The translations under genes were made by a program, and so were the position numbers. From assembly GCA_965205485.1 (NCBI GenBank), contig OZ242180.1, positions 1,056,001 to 1,120,000 of the forward strand: 64,000 nucleotides of DNA, in the 5' to 3' direction. This document shows, in pieces, positions 59,349 through 64,000 of the stretch. The first letter of the stretch is position 1. Each line of letters begins with the position of its first letter. The notes under the pieces are model-generated. The model was not told where the DNA came from. It was given only the letters and a program-made list of their open reading frames with translations, and did no database searches. Source of the stretch: Candidatus Latescibacterota bacterium. Its GTDB lineage: Bacteria > Latescibacterota > UBA2968 > GCA-2709665.

Positions 59349-60704
59349 TCACGCCGCGTCCGAAAGCGTTCCTTCCATTTCTTTTCGGAGGCGGAGAACG
59401 TCGCTGTCTTCGTCGAGTTCCACGTCGGATCTATGGATCGGCTGACCGGCGGCAATTCGGCGTTTCAGCCTGAGTTGGTGAGCAAGGCCGATAGGCAGGA
59501 TTCCGTCCCTGACGGCACTCGCTGCCGGCATGAGTTTCCCGTAAACGCGGTACCCGCCCTCCCCGTCGAGGATCTCCCCCGCCGCGAGGTCCCGCTTGGC
59601 GGTGGCGGCCACGTCCGCGACAAACGCGCGTGGAGCGCCGGTTGCCTCGCCATGAATCCCGGCCCGCATCACGCTGGTGGCAAGTTCCATGCCCACAAGG
59701 TGATAGGGGCGGTAGACGGCGGTGTACCGACCGGAATCGTCCATGGGCAGCCCGTATTCGGTGAAGCAGCGCCGGATATAGTCTCCCGATCCTTCGATGG
59801 TAACGTACACGCCCCATCGCAGGTGCTGATCGACGGCGGCGCCGTCCGGATGCACGCAGGATACAACCTCGACCGTCCCTCTGTGGGCAAGCTGACCGCC
59901 CTCGTCCCGGGGCCGGCAGACATTCGGCAGCCGGTCGATGCCGCAGGGCGGGAAGTTCAGCCCTTCCGGCTGAGGCTCGAGTCCCGTGGCGTTCGAGACT
60001 GCGGCCATCTCGATGGCCGATTTCGTGCCGTCCAGGAAAGAATTGAACATCCGCGGGTTCATCCCCCCTCGGGCCGCCGTTTCCGCATCGATTCCATAGT
60101 GGTCCCAGACGGTATCGGGGGTGGATGTATGGTAGACGGGCCGGTGTTTTGTGCCTTTACCGGCGCAGACGACGTCGAATCCGTTGGTACGCGCCCAGTC
60201 CACGAGTTCGCAGATCAGGGCGGGCTGGTCGCCATAGGCGAGCGAGTAGACGAGGCCGGCGGTCTTTGCCCGCTGCGCCAGTACGGGACCCGCGAGAACG
60301 TCGGCTTCAACGTTGACCATGACCAGGTGGCGGCCTTCGCGGATGGCGTTAAGGGCATAGCGGATGCCGGCGAGCGGATTGCCCGTGGCTTCGACCAGAA
60401 CGTCCAGGCCCCCGGCGCCGACGAGAGATTCGGCGTCGTCCGTGACGTGAGTGCCTCCGGACTTGAGTGCGTTGTCGAAGTCCGTTGCGGCAAATTGTGG
60501 CGGGGGCCACTCAGCGCGCGCAAGCGCTTCACGCGCACGATCGATGGAAAGATCGGCCACGCCCAGTACATGAAGACCCGGAATCCGGCGGGCCTGGGCC
60601 AAAAACATCGTGCCGAATTTTCCGGCGCCGATCAGACCCACCCGCACGGGATGGTCGGGACCGTCGCCCCCCGGTCGCCGAGGTGAGCCTCGCGTGTCTC
60701 GCAT
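59349..60704 (-). CDS. Homoserine-dehydrogenase-like NAD(P) oxidoreductase with C-terminal SAF domain
   Basis: GLIGAGKFG, EATG, NVEAD, YGDQP, AKRDL.AGE.LDGEGG. Confidence 0.88.
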   Translation of the reverse strand: MRDTRGSPRRPGGDGPDHPVRVGLIGAGKFGTMFLAQARRIPGLHVLGVADLSIDRAREALARAEWPPPQFAATDFDNALKSGGTHVTDDAESLVGAGGLDVLVEATGNPLAGIRYALNAIREGRHLVMVNVEADVLAGPVLAQRAKTAGLVYSLAYGDQPALICELVDWARTNGFDVVCAGKGTKHRPVYHTSTPDTVWDHYGIDAETAARGGMNPRMFNSFLDGTKSAIEMAAVSNATGLEPQPEGLNFPPCGIDRLPNVCRPRDEGGQLAHRGTVEVVSCVHPDGAAVDQHLRWGVYVTIEGSGDYIRRCFTEYGLPMDDSGRYTAVYRPYHLVGMELATSVMRAGIHGEATGAPRAFVADVAATAKRDLAAGEILDGEGGYRVYGKLMPAASAVRDGILPIGLAHQLRLKRRIAAGQPIHRSDVELDEDSDVLRLRKEMEGTLSDAA

Positions 60705-60748
60705 CGGGTACCTCGTAAATCAATTCGTCTCTTCTGTCCGGGCGCCTC

Positions 60749-61510
60749 TTACCCACGACCTGCGAAGCAGACACCTACGTCTCTCAGAAACTGCTCCGGA
60801 TTGACCCGGCGATACCGTTCCACGCAAGAATGGCCGGTTCGTGATTCATGCTCATCGTCCGACACGGGCAGATGCTCCGCCGACAGACCCTTGAGTTGCG
60901 ACAGCCGCCATACGCTTTGTTTCGCGACCTTTTTCGCGTTCGAATTGCCGCGAATCTCGATATTGGGCTCGCCGGTTCTGTAATAGAAGACCGCTTTGAG
61001 GCGCGTCCGCATGATCTTGAACGCGTATTCGGGCAGCTTGTCTTCACCTTCGCCGGGGACAAACGACTCGGGCCAGAACAGGCGGTTGATATGGAGATCG
61101 AAAGCGCTCTTGAGTGCACCGTACACGCTGCCGTCGGACGGAACCCACTGGGAGTCCGGCCACACGTCCAGGTTGCCCCACGGCCAACCCAGGCGCTCCC
61201 TGTCCAGGCGTAGGCGTCCGCTTCCGGAATTGACCCCTTGCGCCGAAATGTCGAGAATGGCGAAGTGCTGGGGATAGATGAAGAAGTCGTCCGTCCGGGC
61301 GCGCCAGGCGTCGTAAAAGGCCGTGGTCAGAGCCAGAATCGCATGGGAGGTGTAGATGATGCCGTCTTCCAGAAACGGGGAGACGATGCCCGTGCGGTCC
61401 GACTCATGGTAATCGGGACAGAAGGATTCGAAGGGCACGCGCTGAAAACCGTTCCCGTCCCGTTGCCTATATTCGAAATCCCGGGCGGAAAGTACCTGAC
61501 TGGTATGCAT
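60749..61510 (-). CDS. Hypothetical protein
   Basis: 253 codons filling the gap between co-oriented genes; TAFYD..R...FFIYP, LDVWP. Confidence 0.75.
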   Translation of the reverse strand: MHTSQVLSARDFEYRQRDGNGFQRVPFESFCPDYHESDRTGIVSPFLEDGIIYTSHAILALTTAFYDAWRARTDDFFIYPQHFAILDISAQGVNSGSGRLRLDRERLGWPWGNLDVWPDSQWVPSDGSVYGALKSAFDLHINRLFWPESFVPGEGEDKLPEYAFKIMRTRLKAVFYYRTGEPNIEIRGNSNAKKVAKQSVWRLSQLKGLSAEHLPVSDDEHESRTGHSCVERYRRVNPEQFLRDVGVCFAGRG

Positions 61511-61600
61511 TTCGGGCAACCTTGAGTATTGTGATGAACCGAACCGGCGCGACCTGCCGGCAGGTCTTTCGCACGCGCAGCGGGTCAGTGAGACCTCGGC

Positions 61601-62305
61601 TCATACCTCGCCGGCGGAAACCGCGTTGTCGCGCGCGTCCCGGATCCGGCCCCTCCGCACGACCGACTTCATGGATCGATACATTGCGTAGATGGAGATC
61701 AGCGCCCAGACCAGGGCGATCGGATAGGCCAGGACCGGCGCATCCCAGTGCCGGGCGAGAATGCCGGCGTCGGTGCGTTCGGCATATTGCCAGAGATCCG
61801 TACGGAAGTCGTAGAGGGAATAGAGGCAGAGCATCACGCCGACCCACGTGGCCACCCAGCGCGCAACCCTGGGGAGCAGAACGGCCGAGACCAGAAGAAC
61901 AAAGCCGCTCGCGAGTCCAAACAGGAAATCGATCCCGCCGAAAGGGGTGTAACGTACCGCCATCCCTATCGTGAGACCGCCGACCCCGGCAAGCAGAATC
62001 CGTTGCAGCAGAGGCCAGGAACTGACGTAGATGAAAAAGGCGCCCAGAAACGCGGACCCCACGTAACCCGCGGAGGCAATGATCGGAAATATCCCGCCCC
62101 GGCTCCGCGCGTGGCCGGATTCGTCCCAGTTGATGCGGACTTCAAGGACTTCGCCTCCCGTAACCAGGGTGGCCGCCACGTGGCCCATTTCGTGGATGAG
62201 CACCATGAAGACCCGGAACGGTTTGACGTAGGGCGTGTCCCAGAACGCCAGGGCGACAATGGCGCAGACGATCGCGGGCCAGAATTGTTTGAGGGTATTC
62301 AGCAT
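61601..62305 (-). CDS. M50B-family membrane metallopeptidase
   Basis: IHEMGH, ASAGYVG, TDAGILA; multi-TM. Confidence 0.88.
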   Translation of the reverse strand: MLNTLKQFWPAIVCAIVALAFWDTPYVKPFRVFMVLIHEMGHVAATLVTGGEVLEVRINWDESGHARSRGGIFPIIASAGYVGSAFLGAFFIYVSSWPLLQRILLAGVGGLTIGMAVRYTPFGGIDFLFGLASGFVLLVSAVLLPRVARWVATWVGVMLCLYSLYDFRTDLWQYAERTDAGILARHWDAPVLAYPIALVWALISIYAMYRSMKSVVRRGRIRDARDNAVSAGEV

Positions 62306-63063
62306 TTCAGCGGGTGGTGCTTGTTGACGATTGCGAGGTCTGTGTTTCCTGATTCCACTTCGATGAACTTGACGAGCAGGGATACCCGGTTCGCTTCGTC
62401 AAGCAGATTCCAGTAAAAATCGCGGTTCGTATCGATACCGTCATGCAGCTCGACGGCATACGGTTCGCCGGAAAATGCCGGCGGGGGATCTCCGTCGTCC
62501 GTGTATGTCGTGATGCAATGGCCGATTCCGGGTATGGCCGTTTCGTAGCTGAAGTACTGTCTGGACGCGGATTCGCCGTTCCCGGCAAGGGCTTTCAGAA
62601 TGCCGATCCTGTAGGCGGCGCCGGAATCGTCCAGGTCCACGATGCCGGCGATACGCGGCGTGAAGATGGGAGGATCGGGTTCGAATGTGCGCGTGTTCAG
62701 GGCCGATTCGAAGGAGCCGCCGCCCCGTATCGCTTCGCAAATGGTGTCCGTATGGTCGCCGTTGGAAACGATGTGACAGGCGTTCAGGACTCGGATCGGA
62801 CGATAGACGACGAGGCTCGGGTTTTCCAGCACGGACTCGTCGAATGCGCGGGTCCTGACCGTCTGTTCGTCGGTGACGAAGACCCGGTTCCGGCTCCCGG
62901 CACTCCTGCCCATGATCCAGTAGACCTGGACGAAGTGCCTGGCGTCGGGCGTCCGGCCGATGACGATGCCCCGTCCCGGATATCGTGAGTTCCGGAGTGC
63001 GTCGAGGTTGGTTTCAACGGCCCCTTCCACTTCGCTGCTCTCCTCCGCAGTCCCATCAGGCAT
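62299..63063 (-). CDS. IMP cyclohydrolase-like protein (PurO-type)
   Basis: YPGRGIVIG, YWIMGRS..SRNR, SNGDHTD, FEPD...TPRI, HCITTY. Confidence 0.85.
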   Translation of the reverse strand: MPDGTAEESSEVEGAVETNLDALRNSRYPGRGIVIGRTPDARHFVQVYWIMGRSAGSRNRVFVTDEQTVRTRAFDESVLENPSLVVYRPIRVLNACHIVSNGDHTDTICEAIRGGGSFESALNTRTFEPDPPIFTPRIAGIVDLDDSGAAYRIGILKALAGNGESASRQYFSYETAIPGIGHCITTYTDDGDPPPAFSGEPYAVELHDGIDTNRDFYWNLLDEANRVSLLVKFIEVESGNTDLAIVNKHHPLKC

Positions 63064-63933
63064 CTATTCGACCAGCGCGTCGTAGACGGCTCTTGAAAGC
63101 GCCGCGAGGCTGAGGTCGAAGGTCATCCGCTCACGGCTGGTGACGTGTTTGGCCATGATCGCTATGGTATACGGGCCGGTGGGCGAATAGACGATGCCCG
63201 CGTCTGCGCGCACGCCCAGATAAAAACCCGTTTTGTGGGCAACCGTGGTCCCTACGGGCAGCGCGTACGGGATCACGGTCCTGAGTTGCTGGCGCTTCAG
63301 GATATCCAGCGCCCCCTCCGTGGACTCGGGCGATAGAATTTCGCCGGAATACAGCAGCTCGAGGAGTCTGCACATGTCGCCCGGAGATGAAACGTCGGAC
63401 CGGTCGGGATCATAACCCGCCGCGTCGTGTACGTATTCCTCATTGAACAGCCGTAGGGCGCAGAGGTCATAGGTATGGGCGACATTCTCCGGGTCGAGAC
63501 CGACGACGCTGAAGAGCAGTTGCCTGACCGTCATCGGAATACGGGTCTGATGGAATCCGAGTTCCCGCATCGTGTTGTTGAGATTGTCGCCGCCGATCAG
63601 ATCATAGAGGATATCCGTCGCCGTATTGTCGCTGATGATGATCATCAGCATCGCCAGATCGTGAAGGGTCGGGTTGAGTCCCGCTTCCATTTCCTTGAGG
63701 ACGCCCGAGCCGGGCACGCGAAGGCCGTCGGTGAGCTCGACGCGCCGGTTCAGGTCGATTATGCCGAGGTCCACCTGCCGGTAGAGTTCCACGAGTACGG
63801 GGACCTTCAGCGTACTCGCGGTGAAGAACACGTCGTCCGCGTTGTGTCGAATCTCCCTGCCGGATTTCAAGTGCCGGGCCGACACGCCCACGGTCGCCTC
63901 GATTCCTGATATCGCTGTTTCGATAGACGTCAT
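63064..63933 (-). CDS. Class A beta-lactamase-like serine hydrolase
   Basis: STLK, SDN, HKTG; no signal peptide; start MTSIETA. Confidence 0.88.
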   Translation of the reverse strand: MTSIETAISGIEATVGVSARHLKSGREIRHNADDVFFTASTLKVPVLVELYRQVDLGIIDLNRRVELTDGLRVPGSGVLKEMEAGLNPTLHDLAMLMIIISDNTATDILYDLIGGDNLNNTMRELGFHQTRIPMTVRQLLFSVVGLDPENVAHTYDLCALRLFNEEYVHDAAGYDPDRSDVSSPGDMCRLLELLYSGEILSPESTEGALDILKRQQLRTVIPYALPVGTTVAHKTGFYLGVRADAGIVYSPTGPYTIAIMAKHVTSRERMTFDLSLAALSRAVYDALVE

Positions 63934-63966
63934 TTCGGGTTTCCGAATCCGCGAACATTGAAGAGC

Positions 63967-63990
63967 GGGCGGTTCCCGAACCGCCCCTAC
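63967..63990 (-). repeat. GTAG-type REP-like palindrome
   Basis: Minus strand GTAGGGGCGGTTCGGGAACCGCCC. Confidence 0.7.
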
Positions 63991-64000
63991 GAAATCCAAA

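Noticed and set aside
59349..60704. Flagellar FlgA
   Set aside because: The SAF domain is attached to a Rossmann oxidoreductase; no flagellar genes nearby
63064..63933. Beta-lactam resistance gene
   Set aside because: No signal peptide and no clear omega-loop ExxLN; only the fold family is supported
1..64000. CRISPR array, rRNA/tRNA, prophage, IS transposase
   Set aside because: No regularly spaced direct repeats, RNA gene signatures, or phage, transposase or integrase motifs seen

Overview
GC-rich bacterial chromosomal segment. Gene content and repeat style suggest an FCB-group organism such as Ca. Latescibacterota or Gemmatimonadota, but this is inference only. No rRNA, tRNA, CRISPR, integrase or transposase is evident. 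Layout: (1) 1-4818, minus-strand outer-membrane uptake operon (beta-barrel protein, TonB-dependent receptor, truncated secreted protein); (2) 5510-27420, plus-strand run of small-molecule modifying and catabolic enzymes (heparinase II/III-like, GNAT, two AAC(3)-family proteins with one fused to a degenerate TIM barrel, MBL, CocE/NonD, Kelch, M55 and M3 peptidases, crotonase plus CaiC-like ligase, PhyH, amidohydrolase, oxidoreductases), with a ~530 bp long-inverted-repeat non-coding element near its end; (3) 27657-32591, a receiver-domain/glutamate dehydrogenase fusion 12 bp upstream of a membrane hybrid histidine kinase with Hpt, the most striking candidate system here (phosphorelay-controlled GDH); (4) 32770-57412, a long co-oriented accessory array (toxin-antitoxin modules, AT-richer DUF2971-like and PD-(D/E)xK-like genes, duplicated methyltransferases, phosphotransferases, an ankyrin gene behind a structured leader); (5) 57423-63933, minus-strand cluster (beta-propeller, SAF oxidoreductase, M50B, IMP cyclohydrolase-like, serine hydrolase). 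Several REP-like palindrome families occur between genes. All product calls are by motif recognition, with no database searches.
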